64,000 bases of DNA from Patescibacteria group bacterium (GTDB lineage Bacteria; Patescibacteriota; Patescibacteriia; JAHIZJ01). Position numbers and translations under genes: made by a program. The stretch spans positions 28,059 to 92,058 of the forward strand of contig JBAZUB010000002.1 of assembly GCA_041661625.1 (NCBI GenBank), in the 5' to 3' direction. Under the pieces are notes generated by a model. It ran no database searches and had not been told where the DNA came from. It worked only from the letters and a program-made list of their open reading frames with translations. This document shows positions 37,809 to 49,800 of this stretch, piece by piece. Position 1 is the stretch's first letter, and each line of letters begins with the position of its first letter.

Positions 37809-39107
37809 TCAAGTGACTGCCAGATCAGCCACCGCTCCCGGCGCCGTACTGTCGCACTCGGCTGATTCCACCGGCCGCCCGGCGTCGGTACCGCAATTGT
37901 TATCATCATGGCAGGAGCGGGTTTGAACCGAATCGGCGCAAACGGACCAATCGGAACAATCCCAACTGGGAGTGCAGCCGGTTGTGCCAGCGAAGGTGAT
38001 GGGATAACCGGTGGTATTTACTACACCACTGGCATCAACAACATAGAGATAGGCCGGGTCGCCATTATTGAAAGTGCCTTGGTTAACCGTAAACTGGATT
38101 TGATCATCAACCCAGGTGGTGTGGGGGATTTGAATTTCACGGTGGGTGTTCGCTTCCCAGGTCGACGCGTTTCCGATTTCTATCCGAGCTTGAGTATAGT
38201 CAACATACATTTCGCTGACATACTGCCTCATTGTTGCTCCGCCATCAGTGCGAAAGAAGTGGCCGAACAGATACTCGTCAAATATTTGGCTGTCGATCAA
38301 TAGTGGACCATGTCCAACAGAAGTCGAAATTGACGCGATTCTTTCAAAATCCTGGTCGATCCAACTTACCGCATCGTAACCATTAACGGAGCCGGCATCC
38401 AAATATCTTTCGATTCTAACCCAGCGTCCAAGCGCAGAACTAAATATTGCAGATGCGTCAACACTGCCATGATCGGGGGCATACGGGGGCAAACATCTAC
38501 CATCTACATTACACATATAGAGATGTCCACCCCCCACATTTGGATAAATATCCACCCGGCATTGCGGAAAGAGATTTCCTTCGTTACGTGAAAAGTTTCC
38601 ATACAGTTTCGCATTATCACTTAAAAGCGCATTTCCGTTATAATCGTCCCGGAATACCCACTGGCTGGCGTAGAATCGGTGGATTGGTATATTTGTCAAA
38701 CCAATCGTCTGATTATAAAAACCGTCTGGAGGTAAGCCATAGCGCTGTTCGGCAACTTGTTCACCCGAGATGCGTTGTCGAAAAGTTGAATATCGGGGGT
38801 AGACGCCATTTGCTCCCACTGTTGTCCATCCTGTTTCTTCGGTTTGGCTTGCCAGCCTATCTCCTAATACCCCAGATTCAAAATCGTCGTATCGTAAGGG
38901 TTCCACCGGATCCTTTATCCCAAACCCGTTTCCATTAATCGTGATGCTTTGGCCATTCTGTATAGTGCCGGGGGCGTAGTTGATTTCTGGGATCGTATCA
39001 GCCATAGCCGGCACTGGGCGGTTAACTAAAAAAACCACACAAAATACAGCCAGAGCTTGGATAGCGATAAATACTTTATTGCGAATTATCGTACTGAAAA
39101 TTTTCAT
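37809..39107 (-). CDS. secreted hypothetical protein with Cys-rich C-terminus
   Basis: 432 aa; N-terminal signal peptide ...VPAMA; C-terminal multiple Cys. Confidence 0.5.
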   Translation of the reverse strand: MKIFSTIIRNKVFIAIQALAVFCVVFLVNRPVPAMADTIPEINYAPGTIQNGQSITINGNGFGIKDPVEPLRYDDFESGVLGDRLASQTEETGWTTVGANGVYPRYSTFRQRISGEQVAEQRYGLPPDGFYNQTIGLTNIPIHRFYASQWVFRDDYNGNALLSDNAKLYGNFSRNEGNLFPQCRVDIYPNVGGGHLYMCNVDGRCLPPYAPDHGSVDASAIFSSALGRWVRIERYLDAGSVNGYDAVSWIDQDFERIASISTSVGHGPLLIDSQIFDEYLFGHFFRTDGGATMRQYVSEMYVDYTQARIEIGNASTWEANTHREIQIPHTTWVDDQIQFTVNQGTFNNGDPAYLYVVDASGVVNTTGYPITFAGTTGCTPSWDCSDWSVCADSVQTRSCHDDNNCGTDAGRPVESAECDSTAPGAVADLAVT

Positions 39108-39178
39108 AGCAAGTTGTGGAAAGAGTTCGTCTCGATGTTACCCTGCTACACGTCGTTAGTCTATTTGAGTATTCGGCG

Positions 39179-39856
39179 TCACTTGTTCAACAGCACCTTT
39201 CGGTATATAATCGTGGGCTTACTCCGCTTCTTGACCGCTTCCAACGTGATAATATTCAATCCCTCTTGCAAAGTTACGGTATCATGGAAAGCGCCGTTTT
39301 GGTCGCTGACCACCTCCCGGCCGTTTATCTGCAGCTGGGATTCTGGTTCGACGTGACCCGAAATATCAAGCACAGACTGGGTGGTGATTAGATTATCGGT
39401 CGGTGTATCGATCGTCAGCAAGGGCGGCGATATTGATTTATATATGACATAACCTAAATAGGCAAAACAAGCCAAGATCACCAGCGCGATAGCTAGCCGG
39501 CGTACGATTTTTGGCGTAATGGCCAAAGAGTGAGCCGAAATGCGCTGCGGTAACAAAGGGGTGTTGCTTGGCTGACGCTGGGATCGATCCACTTGGCGCT
39601 CCTTTTCATACAATCTAAAAACGGAGGCTGGGTTTAACTCCAGATACTCCGCGTAACTTTTTAAAAAATTACGGGCATACATTTCACCGGGCAGGCGGTC
39701 ATAGCGGCCCTCTTCCAATGCTGCGAGATATGATTTTTGAATCCCGGTGGCGCTTGAAGCATCAGCCAGCTCGATTCCTGCCTCGGTCCGAATGGCACGC
39801 AAACGCTCACCCAGCGTCTTGATGGAACGAATATCTTTGGCCGTAAATTCAGCCAT
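39179..39856 (-). CDS. RodZ-like membrane protein (N-terminal Xre-type HTH + single TM)
   Basis: 225 aa; HTH LGERLRAIRTEAGIELADASSATGIQKSYLAALEEG; TM LAIALVILACFAYLGYVIY. Confidence 0.55.
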   Translation of the reverse strand: MAEFTAKDIRSIKTLGERLRAIRTEAGIELADASSATGIQKSYLAALEEGRYDRLPGEMYARNFLKSYAEYLELNPASVFRLYEKERQVDRSQRQPSNTPLLPQRISAHSLAITPKIVRRLAIALVILACFAYLGYVIYKSISPPLLTIDTPTDNLITTQSVLDISGHVEPESQLQINGREVVSDQNGAFHDTVTLQEGLNIITLEAVKKRSKPTIIYRKVLLNK

Positions 39857-39859
39857 AGG

Positions 39860-42067
39860 CTAGGTTTCAGTTTCGTCCGCGTCTAAGCCTTCTTCGGCTG
39901 CTGATTCCGTTTCGACGTCAGCAGCCAGTGAGCGTTGCACTAATATCTCTCGAGGCTTGGCTCCATCGCCCGGACCGATGATTCCTTCTTGCTCCAAAAG
40001 ATCCAGCAACCGGGCCGCTCGGGCATAGCCGATGCGCAGCCGACGCTGCAGCAACGAAGCCGATGCTTTATTGGCCTGCCAGATTACTTCTTTGGCGCTG
40101 GCCAGCAGCTCGTCATCTTCCAGCGATTCCAGACTGCCGGATATGGCACTGGTGGGTTTATCGGTTACCTCATTGACATAGTTTGGCTCGGATTGCTTCT
40201 TGAGATAATTTGTTACTCGTTCAATTTCCTCCTCGGTGACCAGCGCGCCCTGAATACGTCGAGGTTTCGATAGCTCGGAAGAGATATATAGCATATCGCC
40301 GCGACCTAATAGTTTTTCGGCGCCAGAATAGTCGAGAATGGTACGGCTGTCCATCAGCGATGCCACGCTGAAAGCGATGCGTGAAGTAATGTTAGCCTTG
40401 ATCAGGCCGGTAATGACATCAACTGATGGGCGTTGCGTGGAAACAATTAAATGGATGCCTACTGCGCGAGCCATTTGAGCCAGTCGAATGATAATGCTCT
40501 CAACGTCCTGGGCGGCCAATTGCATCAAGTCGGCTAATTCATCGATGATCACCACTATATAGGGGAGCTGGTTCACCAGCACGCTGCTGTTATATTGGGC
40601 AATATTCTTTTTGCTAGATTCGGCCAGTAGCCGGTAGCGACGATCCATTTCTCCCACCAGCCATTTGAGCGCGTTGATGGTTTTGTCCACCTCGGTGATT
40701 ACCGGGGTCAGCAAATGCGGAACATCATTGTAGGATATTAATTCAACTTTTTTCGGGTCGACCAGAATAAACTGCAGCGTATCAGGGCTGTTCTGGTAGA
40801 GCAAACTGACAATCACCGAGTGAATGCAGACGCTCTTACCCGAACCCGTAGCGCCGGCGATTAGCATATGAGGCATCTTGTCGAGCTGGACGACGATTGG
40901 ATTTCCGGCCACGTCGCGACCCAGCACGATACTGAGATTGCTGGTGCGCTTCTTGAACTCATCTGATTCCAATATGCCGCGCAAACCGACGGTAGCGATG
41001 CGCTGATTAGGCACTTCCAGCCCGACCAGGGACTTCCCAGGGATGGGAGCCTCGATTCTGATGGGGTGCGCGGCCAAGGCTAACGCCAGATCATTGCTTA
41101 AACCCGTAATCGATGAGAGCTTGACGCCATCAGCCGGCCGCAGCGTATACTGAGTCACGGTCGGACCAACTTTCACCTCGCCCATCTCGACGTTAATACC
41201 AAAGCTTTCGAGAGTTTTTCGAATCTTTTCCAGATTGCCATTAATATCTCCACTGGTCGGCTGAGCCGTCTTAGTTTCCAGGAGGTCAAGCGGCAAGTCG
41301 GGTTTGCGTCGGCGTTTAATCTGGGGAATGGCATCAGCCGCCGGCATATTGTCACTTCCTGGCTTGGCCGGGTCATACTGTGTCTGCTTGATGGCAAACT
41401 CAGCCGGACGATCCTCTTCGGATGATTCGTCGCCGTCAATCGGCTCGGTTTGATCCGTTGTCGACTCATCGCTAGTTTGATTAAATCCAGGTATTTTGGC
41501 CAGCGCATCGGTCAATGCCGGCGGCCGTCGTCGAAGCAAGCCTTCCAGGGAGGTATTTAGCATGATTAAAACTGAAATCAGGCACAGGGCCAGGATAACG
41601 ATTAGAGATGCGCCGAATCCCATCATACTTCGGAATGGGGCGCTCAATATGTAACCCAGGTAACCACCGCCCTGTCCTTGCGCGATGGCGGTGAGCGAAT
41701 CCTCGGCGGAAATAAAAATATGCATCAAGGCCGAGAAAGATAGGACGAAGATTATTCCTCCCAGGTAATTAGCTGTCGAGATGACATATTTTTTGGGACG
41801 AACCAGCACATAGCCCCAGCCGAACAGAAGAACTGGCACAGCAAACCTTCCCCAGCCAAACATTTGACGTAATACAGTGTTCAATATGTGCCCGACCGAT
41901 CCAGCTCGATCAAATAACCCAAAAACTGCCAAAGCGGCAAAGGCAAATACTAGGACAATGCCGATGCCGCGCTGTGTTTCGGGATGCAGACTCACGCTCG
42001 GGCCGGTCGTTGCCCGGATCTCGTCATCGGTTTGAGAGCGGCGTTTTCTACGGTATCTTTGAGCCAT
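39860..42067 (-). CDS. ftsK: DNA translocase FtsK/SpoIIIE
   Basis: Start set at MAQRYRRKRR; 4-5 TM N-term, Walker A GATGSGKS, DELADLM, gamma domain LLQRRLRIGYARAARLLDLLEQEGIIG. Confidence 0.9.
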   Translation of the reverse strand: MAQRYRRKRRSQTDDEIRATTGPSVSLHPETQRGIGIVLVFAFAALAVFGLFDRAGSVGHILNTVLRQMFGWGRFAVPVLLFGWGYVLVRPKKYVISTANYLGGIIFVLSFSALMHIFISAEDSLTAIAQGQGGGYLGYILSAPFRSMMGFGASLIVILALCLISVLIMLNTSLEGLLRRRPPALTDALAKIPGFNQTSDESTTDQTEPIDGDESSEEDRPAEFAIKQTQYDPAKPGSDNMPAADAIPQIKRRRKPDLPLDLLETKTAQPTSGDINGNLEKIRKTLESFGINVEMGEVKVGPTVTQYTLRPADGVKLSSITGLSNDLALALAAHPIRIEAPIPGKSLVGLEVPNQRIATVGLRGILESDEFKKRTSNLSIVLGRDVAGNPIVVQLDKMPHMLIAGATGSGKSVCIHSVIVSLLYQNSPDTLQFILVDPKKVELISYNDVPHLLTPVITEVDKTINALKWLVGEMDRRYRLLAESSKKNIAQYNSSVLVNQLPYIVVIIDELADLMQLAAQDVESIIIRLAQMARAVGIHLIVSTQRPSVDVITGLIKANITSRIAFSVASLMDSRTILDYSGAEKLLGRGDMLYISSELSKPRRIQGALVTEEEIERVTNYLKKQSEPNYVNEVTDKPTSAISGSLESLEDDELLASAKEVIWQANKASASLLQRRLRIGYARAARLLDLLEQEGIIGPGDGAKPREILVQRSLAADVETESAAEEGLDADETET

Positions 42068-42229
42068 AAAAGTGGTAAGTAACGTATGATATTGTACCAT
42101 GTTTAGGCAAAATCGTAAACCCCAATTTGATAATATGAATAGCAAAAAAAGCGCGCCATAGGAGCTAATCTGAATAGTGAGCAGCTAAAGAATAACGCAC
42201 CCCAATAACCAGTCAAACAACAGAGCGGT

Positions 42230-42862
42230 CTATTCAAAAACTATCGTACTTAACACGGTTGTTAATAGAAATTCGCAGGTAGTTGATTCAATTTTACCGC
42301 AAAACAAACCCGGATCATTGGTCTGGGTGATCAGGGCGGTGGCGGTGTAGTAAGAATCATCTTTATTTAAATGAGCAGTAATAATATCTAACTTTTGGTC
42401 TCGATAGCTTCGTACTAGGAACATATTATTACGAGCCATTTCATCAACGGTGAAAGTTTGTTTTGTTGTTGGAGTAAAGAATTCTGGCGTAGTTCGGATT
42501 AAAAAGCGTTTTGGATTTATAGTGAATTGTTTGTTGCTGACGGAGTCATCGGCTAGCTTACTTACATTGAGGGAGAGTTTATTTTCTCCCGACACAAAAG
42601 AAATAAAACCATCAGGAGCCTCATTATTAAACGACCACGTGGTCGGCATTTGTAACGAAAAATAAGCCGGCGATGTTGTCGTGGCCGTTGAGGGATAATG
42701 ATATGTTACCCAGCCGGTAGTCGGTGTGGTACCCAAAGGACCGGCATATTTGTTGTAGTATCGCATCGGATTGAGGAATATAAGCCAACCCAAGGCCGCA
42801 ATAGCGCTTATTACGACAACAATTATGCTGATAGCTAACAACAATCTTTTGTGTGCTGACAT
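42230..42862 (-). CDS. hypothetical membrane-anchored protein
   Basis: 210 aa; single N-terminal TM, Thr-rich. Confidence 0.45.
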   Translation of the reverse strand: MSAHKRLLLAISIIVVVISAIAALGWLIFLNPMRYYNKYAGPLGTTPTTGWVTYHYPSTATTTSPAYFSLQMPTTWSFNNEAPDGFISFVSGENKLSLNVSKLADDSVSNKQFTINPKRFLIRTTPEFFTPTTKQTFTVDEMARNNMFLVRSYRDQKLDIITAHLNKDDSYYTATALITQTNDPGLFCGKIESTTCEFLLTTVLSTIVFE

Positions 42863-42902
42863 GTATAGATCAAATATATATTCTATACGAAAAGATTATC
42901 AC

Positions 42903-42948
42903 AATATAACCAATTAGACAAAACACCCCGGCGTATTTCGTCGGGGTG
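42903..42948 (-). terminator. Rho-independent terminator downstream of rpoC (caccccg..cggggtg + TTTTGTCT on minus strand)
   Basis: 7-bp GC-rich stem and U-tract 26-70 nt past rpoC stop. Confidence 0.55.
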
Positions 42949-42973
42949 TTTCTATCAGAGAGAAGAGAGAGTT

Positions 42974-45900
42974 TTATTCTATCTTAGGAGCTTGTCTGAA
43001 AGCGGTTCCAGCCGGGATTAATTTACCGATGATGACATTTTCTTTCAAACCGCGCAGCCGGTCGACTTTTCCAGAGACAGCCGCTTCAATCAACACCCGA
43101 GCGGTTTCTTGGAATGAAGCCGCAGACAGGAAGCTGTCGGTCGAAAGCGAGGCCTTGGTGATACCGAGCAGCAGGTCTTCGCTAACAGCCCGTTTATCGC
43201 TGACCTTGAGTTTCCGATTGGCTTCGGCCAGCTCGCTCAAAGTGACAATTTCACCGGCCAGCAGATCGGTATCGCCGGCGTCTTTAATATAAACGCGGGA
43301 AAACATCTGCTTTACGATTACTTCAACGTGCTTATCGTTCAATTTTTGTCCCTGCGATGAGTAGATGAATCTAATTTCCCGGATGACATATTTTTGAGCC
43401 GCTTCTTTACCCTTCAGTTTGTATAATTGATGCAAATCAAGGCTGCCGTCGGACAATTGCTGGCCCTTAGCGACCAGATCATCATCTTTGACCCAGAGTG
43501 AGTAGCCAACCGGTACAGGATATTCCCGTTCCTGCTGGCCGGTAGTGGTTACCCGGATCTCGTCATCAACTATGTTGGCGATACCATCATCATGCGTAAT
43601 CGCCTTGTCTTTTCCCATGGCCCAAAGCAGGTCGCCTTTTTTTACCGATTGGCCGTTTTTGACCATGACTTTTAGTTCTGGCGAGGTTTTGGGATCATCG
43701 GGCAAAGGATATGTTTCGGTGATCGGTTCGTTGGAGGTCAGCTTGAGAGTAATCTGTTTGGCTTGTTTAAGCAGGCTGACTTTGCCGCCGACTTCGGCAA
43801 TCAGAGCCGGTTTCTTGATTGGCCGAGCCTCAAATAATTCTTCCACGCGGGGCAAACCTTGGGTAATATCCAGACCAGCGACACCGCCAGTGTGGAAGGT
43901 ACGCATGGTCAGCTGGGTGCCCGGTTCACCGATGCTTTGAGCGGCAATGATACCAACGGCGGTGCCGATCGCTACGGGCTTATTATAGCCCAGATCGTGG
44001 CCGTAGCATTTTTGGCAGACGCCGCGAATAGTCTGGCAGTTCATAACCGATCGAATTTGAACCTCTGAGATTTCCAGCCCCTTCAGTTTTCCGATTAGTT
44101 CTTTGGTAACCAATGCCCCGGCGGAAATAAGCACCTTGCCGGTTTTGGGATGTTTGACATCGGAGATCGTATAGCGGCCGTAGATGCGGTCGGTCAGCTC
44201 CTCGCCCATGTCCTTGCATTCCGCTTGGGTAATGGTGAGGCCAATGTTATCGCCGCAATCTTCTTCAACCACCACCACGTCCTGTGAGACATCAACCAGG
44301 CGGCGGGTCAGGTAGCCGGCGTTAGCGGTTCTCAAGGCAGTATCTGATAAGCCTTTGCGGGCGCCGTGTGTCGAGATAAAGTATTCCAGCACGTCGAAAC
44401 CTTCTTTGAAATTTCCCTTCACCGGCAGCTCGATAATATCGCCAGCCGGGTTGGTGACCAAGCCTTTCATGCCCATCATTTGGGTAGCTTGGGCCCAGGT
44501 GCCGCGAGCGCCGGATTCAATCATGGCAAATACCGGACCCTTAGGATCGAGCGCTTGGCTGCTTTCTTTGGTCACTAGCTCTTTGGCGTGATCCCAGGTT
44601 TCGATAATTTTATTATGACGCTCTTCGTCGGTCAGTAAGCCCGATTGATAATGAGATTCGATTTCGTCGGCTACTTTTTCAGCGTCTGATATGATCTCAT
44701 ATTTACGTTTCGGTATTGGCAAGTCATGCATACCCCAGCTCATACCAGATTGGGTGACATATTTGAAGCTAAGTGCCATGACCGCGTCCAGATATTTTAC
44801 AGTCATGTCCGATCCAAACTCTTCCAGGATGTGGCTGGTCAAGATCCGCAATTCTTTTTTATCCAGTGTCTTGTTTACAAACTCCAAATCCTTGGGCAGA
44901 ATCTGATTGAAAATAATCCGACCGGCGCTGGTCACGATTATCTTATTGTCTATTTTGACTCGAATCAGCTCCTGCAGTTTGATGTATTCGAGGCTATAAG
45001 ATAGTATCGCTTCGTCGGAATGGCAGAACGACTTGATATGGGTCGTGTCGATATTAGCCTCATCGTGAATATAGGTCAGATAAAAACAGCCCAAAACGAT
45101 ATCTTGGTTTGGCATCACGATTGGCTCGCCGGTAGCAGGCTTGAGTAGGTTCTTATCGGCGCGCATTAACTCGGCCGCTTCCTCTTTAGCCTTGACGGTC
45201 AGGGGAACGTGTACGGCCATTTGGTCGCCATCAAAGTCTGCGTTGAAAGCGGTACAAACCAACGGATGAATCTGAATGGCCTTGCCTTCGATCAAGACCG
45301 GTTGAAAGGCCTGAATACCCAGCCGGTGCAAGGTGGGGGCGCGATTGAGCAGCACATTCGAATTCTTGGTGATCTCTTCCAGGATATCCCAGACCTCGGC
45401 GCGGTTGGATTCGATAAACCGGCTGGCCGAGCGGACGTTGTGAACATATTCGCGCAGAATCAACTGGCTGATCACGAAGGGCTTGAATAATTCCAAAGCC
45501 ATGCGCTTGGGCAGGCCGCATTGATGCAGGTGCAAGCGGGGACCGACCACGATGACAGAACGACCGGAATAGTCAACGCGTTTACCGAGTAGGTTTTGCC
45601 GGAAACGGCCCTGTTTGCCCTTGAGAATATCGGCAATCGATTTCAGCATGCGTTTCTGGCCGGTGGAGGCGGTGACAGTCTTGCCATGACGGGCGCTGTT
45701 GTCAATTAAAGCATCGACGGCTTCCTGGAGCATGCGTTTCTCATTGCGGCAGATGACCTCGGGAGCATTCAATTCCAGCAGCCGCTTCAAACGATTGTTG
45801 CGATTGATTACGCGCCGATATAGATCGTTGAGATCGGACGCCGCAAACCGTCCGCCATCCAGTTGCACCATTGGTCGCAGGTCAGGCGGTATCACCGGTA

Positions 45901-46828
45901 AAGCAGTCAGAATCATCCATTCCGGTCGGATATTATTCTTCTTCAAATTGTGCACCAACTTCAATCGGCGCACCAGCTTGCGTTTGCGGTTTAAGGACGC
46001 GGTACGCATCTCGGTCTCGAGCTCGGAAATCAGCCCATCCATATCAATCACGTCGAGCAGGTGACGGACCGCTTCGGCGCCGATGCTAGCCTCGAAGACA
46101 TGGCCGTACTTGAGCGATAAGTCTTGATAAGTGCTTTCCGAGATTATTTGCAATCGTTTCAGGCTGCGCAGTTCCTTGCGGGCCAATTCAACTAAGGCGT
46201 CCAACTCCTTGATCTGTTCGTCTTTGAGCTTGGCATTGGCGGCCAATTCATCGGCCAGCATCTTCTCGTCGGGTTTGCTGGCATGGCGCTGGCGGGTTTC
46301 GTTGGCCAGGCGATTGAAGTTATTCTCAATCTGTTTTTTCTTCGATTGGCCCTCGCCGTCGATTTGCTTCAGGCTTTCCTGGCGCAGGTCCTCGTCGACC
46401 TTGGTAATAATAAAATTGGCGAAGTAGATAACCTTCTCAAGCTCCTGGGCGGATAGATCAAGCACTAGGCCGATCTTGGATGGCACGCCGCGGAGAAACC
46501 AGATGTGTGAAACCGGCGCGGCCAGATCGATATGACCCATGCGCTCACGGCGGACGATACTGCGGGTCACTTCCACGCCGCATTTGTCGCAAATAATGCC
46601 CTTGTAGCGAATCCGCTTGTATTTGCCGCAGTAACATTCCCAATCCTTAGATGGGCCAAAAATCTCTTCGGCAAACAAGCCGTCTTTTTCCGGTTTCTGA
46701 GTGCGGTAGTTGATGGTTTCCGGTTTGGTTACCTCGCCGTACGACCATTTGTGGATGTCGTCAGGAGAAGCCACCTTTAACCGGATGGCCCGGAAGTCCG
46801 GACTCTTCGATTCGTCTTGGTGGGGCAT
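42974..46828 (-). CDS. rpoC: DNA-directed RNA polymerase subunit beta'
   Basis: 1284 aa; zinc-binding CYCGKYKR...CDKCG, NADFDGD catalytic motif, canonical beta' throughout. Confidence 0.97.
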   Translation of the reverse strand: MPHQDESKSPDFRAIRLKVASPDDIHKWSYGEVTKPETINYRTQKPEKDGLFAEEIFGPSKDWECYCGKYKRIRYKGIICDKCGVEVTRSIVRRERMGHIDLAAPVSHIWFLRGVPSKIGLVLDLSAQELEKVIYFANFIITKVDEDLRQESLKQIDGEGQSKKKQIENNFNRLANETRQRHASKPDEKMLADELAANAKLKDEQIKELDALVELARKELRSLKRLQIISESTYQDLSLKYGHVFEASIGAEAVRHLLDVIDMDGLISELETEMRTASLNRKRKLVRRLKLVHNLKKNNIRPEWMILTALPVIPPDLRPMVQLDGGRFAASDLNDLYRRVINRNNRLKRLLELNAPEVICRNEKRMLQEAVDALIDNSARHGKTVTASTGQKRMLKSIADILKGKQGRFRQNLLGKRVDYSGRSVIVVGPRLHLHQCGLPKRMALELFKPFVISQLILREYVHNVRSASRFIESNRAEVWDILEEITKNSNVLLNRAPTLHRLGIQAFQPVLIEGKAIQIHPLVCTAFNADFDGDQMAVHVPLTVKAKEEAAELMRADKNLLKPATGEPIVMPNQDIVLGCFYLTYIHDEANIDTTHIKSFCHSDEAILSYSLEYIKLQELIRVKIDNKIIVTSAGRIIFNQILPKDLEFVNKTLDKKELRILTSHILEEFGSDMTVKYLDAVMALSFKYVTQSGMSWGMHDLPIPKRKYEIISDAEKVADEIESHYQSGLLTDEERHNKIIETWDHAKELVTKESSQALDPKGPVFAMIESGARGTWAQATQMMGMKGLVTNPAGDIIELPVKGNFKEGFDVLEYFISTHGARKGLSDTALRTANAGYLTRRLVDVSQDVVVVEEDCGDNIGLTITQAECKDMGEELTDRIYGRYTISDVKHPKTGKVLISAGALVTKELIGKLKGLEISEVQIRSVMNCQTIRGVCQKCYGHDLGYNKPVAIGTAVGIIAAQSIGEPGTQLTMRTFHTGGVAGLDITQGLPRVEELFEARPIKKPALIAEVGGKVSLLKQAKQITLKLTSNEPITETYPLPDDPKTSPELKVMVKNGQSVKKGDLLWAMGKDKAITHDDGIANIVDDEIRVTTTGQQEREYPVPVGYSLWVKDDDLVAKGQQLSDGSLDLHQLYKLKGKEAAQKYVIREIRFIYSSQGQKLNDKHVEVIVKQMFSRVYIKDAGDTDLLAGEIVTLSELAEANRKLKVSDKRAVSEDLLLGITKASLSTDSFLSAASFQETARVLIEAAVSGKVDRLRGLKENVIIGKLIPAGTAFRQAPKIE

Positions 46829-46836
46829 ATAGTATG

Positions 46837-49800
46837 TTACTTCTTGTTCTTGGACTCTCGTTTTTTAGGCTCAGGTTCAGGCGGCGTTTCAACCGGCGCC
46901 TCGATATCGGCCGACGTTTCAATTTTTTCCTGAATCGGCTGACCGTCGGAACCGAGCAGCTCAACGTCCAGCGCTAAACCTTTTAACTCCCGGACCAAGA
47001 CATTGAAAGATTCCGGGATGTTGATTTTATTGATTGGTTCGCCTTTGATAATCGCTTCATAAGCCTTGGAACGGCCGGGGACATCGTCGGACTTGATGGT
47101 CAGCATTTCTTGCAGAGTGTGCGCGGCACCATAGGCCTCGAGCGCCCAGACTTCCATTTCACCGAACCGCTGTCCGCCGAACTGGGCTTTACCACCGAGC
47201 GGCTGCTGGGTGACTAATGAGTATGGACCGATCGAACGCTGGTGAATCTTGTCTTCCACCAAGTGATTCAGTTTGAGCATATAAATGTAGCCGACGGTAA
47301 CTTTTTGATCGAACGGCCGACCGGTTCGCCCGTCGTAGACTGAAACCTTGCCATCTTCGGGCAAACCCGCTTTTTTCAATTCTTCCCGAATTTGAACGTC
47401 GGACATGCCATCGAGTGTCGGGGTGGCGACTTTATAGCCCAGCTGATGGGCGGCAAAACCGATATGCGTTTCCAAAATTTGACCCAGGTTCATACGGGAG
47501 ACGACGCCCAATGGGTTGAGTATAATATCGACCGGGCGGCCATCCTCGAGGAAGGGGAGATCTTCAGTGGCAACGATGCGGGAAATAACACCCTTATTAC
47601 CATGGCGGCCGGCCAGTTTGTCGCCTACCTGGACCTTGCGCAATTGAGCCACCGACACTTGGATGGTCTTAATCACGCCGGCGGGCAGTTTGTCGCCAGT
47701 TTCCTTGGAAAATATCTTAATATCAACGACTTTGCCGTGTTCGCCATGTTCGAGATAAAGCGAGCTGTCTTTGACGTCTTTGGCTTTTTCACCAAAGATG
47801 GCGCGCAATAACTTTTCTTCGGCGGACAGTTCGGTTTCACCTTTGGGAGTTATTTTACCGACTAGAATGTCGCCAGATGAAACCTCGGCGCCGATTCGAA
47901 CCACGCCCTCTTCATCCAGGTCTTTTAGTTTCTCTTCGCTGACATTCGGTATGTCGCGGGTAACTACCTCCGGACCTAATTTAGTATCGCGTACGTCTAC
48001 CGAGTAGTCTTCAATGTGTATGGAACTAAAGACATCGTTCTGAACCAAACGTTCCGACAGCAGAATCGCGTCCTCATAGTTGCCGCCGTCCCAGGGGATG
48101 AAGGCTACCAGCACATTTTGACCTAGTGCTAACTCGCCGTTTTCGGTCGAAGCGCCGTCGGCAATGACATCGCCAGCCTGTAATTTTTGGCCGACATCAA
48201 CCAGTACGTGTTGATTCATGCAGGTGGCCGCGTTGGACCGGACAAAGTTGCCCATCGGATAGACTTGAGTCGTGCCATCATCGGCCAACACCTGGACTTC
48301 CGAGGCCTGGCACTTGATCACGCGGCCGGGCTTGGTGTTCAGCACCACATGACCGGAATCCCGGGCGGCGCGCGCTTCCACGCCGGTGCCGACGATCGGC
48401 GCCTGGGGACGGATGCAGGAAACAGCCTGACGTTGCATATTGGTACCCATCAAGGCGCGGGTAGCGTCATCATTTTCCACAAACGGGATCAGGGAAGTGG
48501 CCACGCTAATGATCTGATTCGGGGCGACGGCCATTAAATTGATTTGTTCGGTGGGGACTATGGCCGGCTCGCCGTGTTTGCGGGCTTCGGCGCGGTCAAA
48601 GGCGAGGTTGTTATATTCGTCGACCGGCGTGGTGGCGGCGGTGGAGATGTATCGCTCTTCTTCAAAAGCGTCCAGATACACCAGCTCATCGGAAACGTGC
48701 GGCCGAATAGCGATCATGGACTGGCCATTGCTGGCGATATGCTCAGCCACCTCTTTGGTAATCAGTTCGCCCGCCTTAGTAATTACCTTACCTTGGGCAT
48801 CGGTAATATTTTCCCGGGCGATACGATTGACGGTTTTGGACGGTTTATTCTCAATTTCGTTGTAGATTTTGCAATACGGTGTTTCGATAAAACCAAAGTC
48901 ATTCACCCGCGCGTAGGTGGTCAAGTGGCCTACCAAGCCGATATTCGGACCTTCGGGAGTGGCGATCGGACAGATACGGCCATAGTGCGTGCGATGCACA
49001 TCGCGGACGTCGAAACCGGCTCGTTCGCGCGATAACCCGCCGGGACCCATGGCGGACAAGCGGCGCTTGTGTTCCAATTCCGCCAGGGGATTGGTCTGAT
49101 CCATGAACTGGGACAGCTGCGAAGACATGAAGAATTCCTTGACCGAACCCATCACCGGACGGGCATTGATCAATTGGCTTGGCGTCAGGGTATTCACGTC
49201 CATCGTACTCATGCGGTCGCGGATAATGCGTTCCATGCGGGACAGTCCGACGCGGAATTTGTTCTGGACCAATTCACCGATGGCGCGGACGCGGCGGTTG
49301 CCCAAGTGGTCGATATCATCGGCTTCCCGCTGGGTATTGTTCAAATCGATGATTTCTTTGATAATTGAAACCAAATCATCAATCCGTAAGATGCGCGTCT
49401 CTTTATTATTGGGGATATCAAAACCGAAGCGCTGGTTGATCTTGTAGCGTCCCACTCGGCCGAAGTCATAGCGGTCAAAAGAGAAGAACATCTTGAAAAT
49501 CAGCTCGCGGGCATTGTCGACCGTAGCTAAATCGCCCGGGCGGATGCGTTTGTAGACTTCCTTTAAGCCTTCGGCTTCCGAACGAGCCGCGTCCTTTTCG
49601 ATCGTCTTCGTAATATACTGGACATCGGGGTTGGCGTCGGCGCCTTCAAACAGTTTCTTGAGCTCCTCGTCGCTCCCGACCCCAAAAGCGCGCAGCAAAC
49701 TAGTGATCGGTACCTTCCGTTTGCGATCGATCTTAACAATTATTACGTTGTTGTAATCGGTCTCTAGTTCAAGCCAGGCGCCGCGGTTGGGGATGATCTT

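Noticed and set aside
42068-42145. Upstream start (MLFILSNWGL…) for ftsK
   Set aside because: It is hydrophobic junk before the typical basic FtsK N-terminus MAQRYRRKRR, so the internal ATG is preferred.
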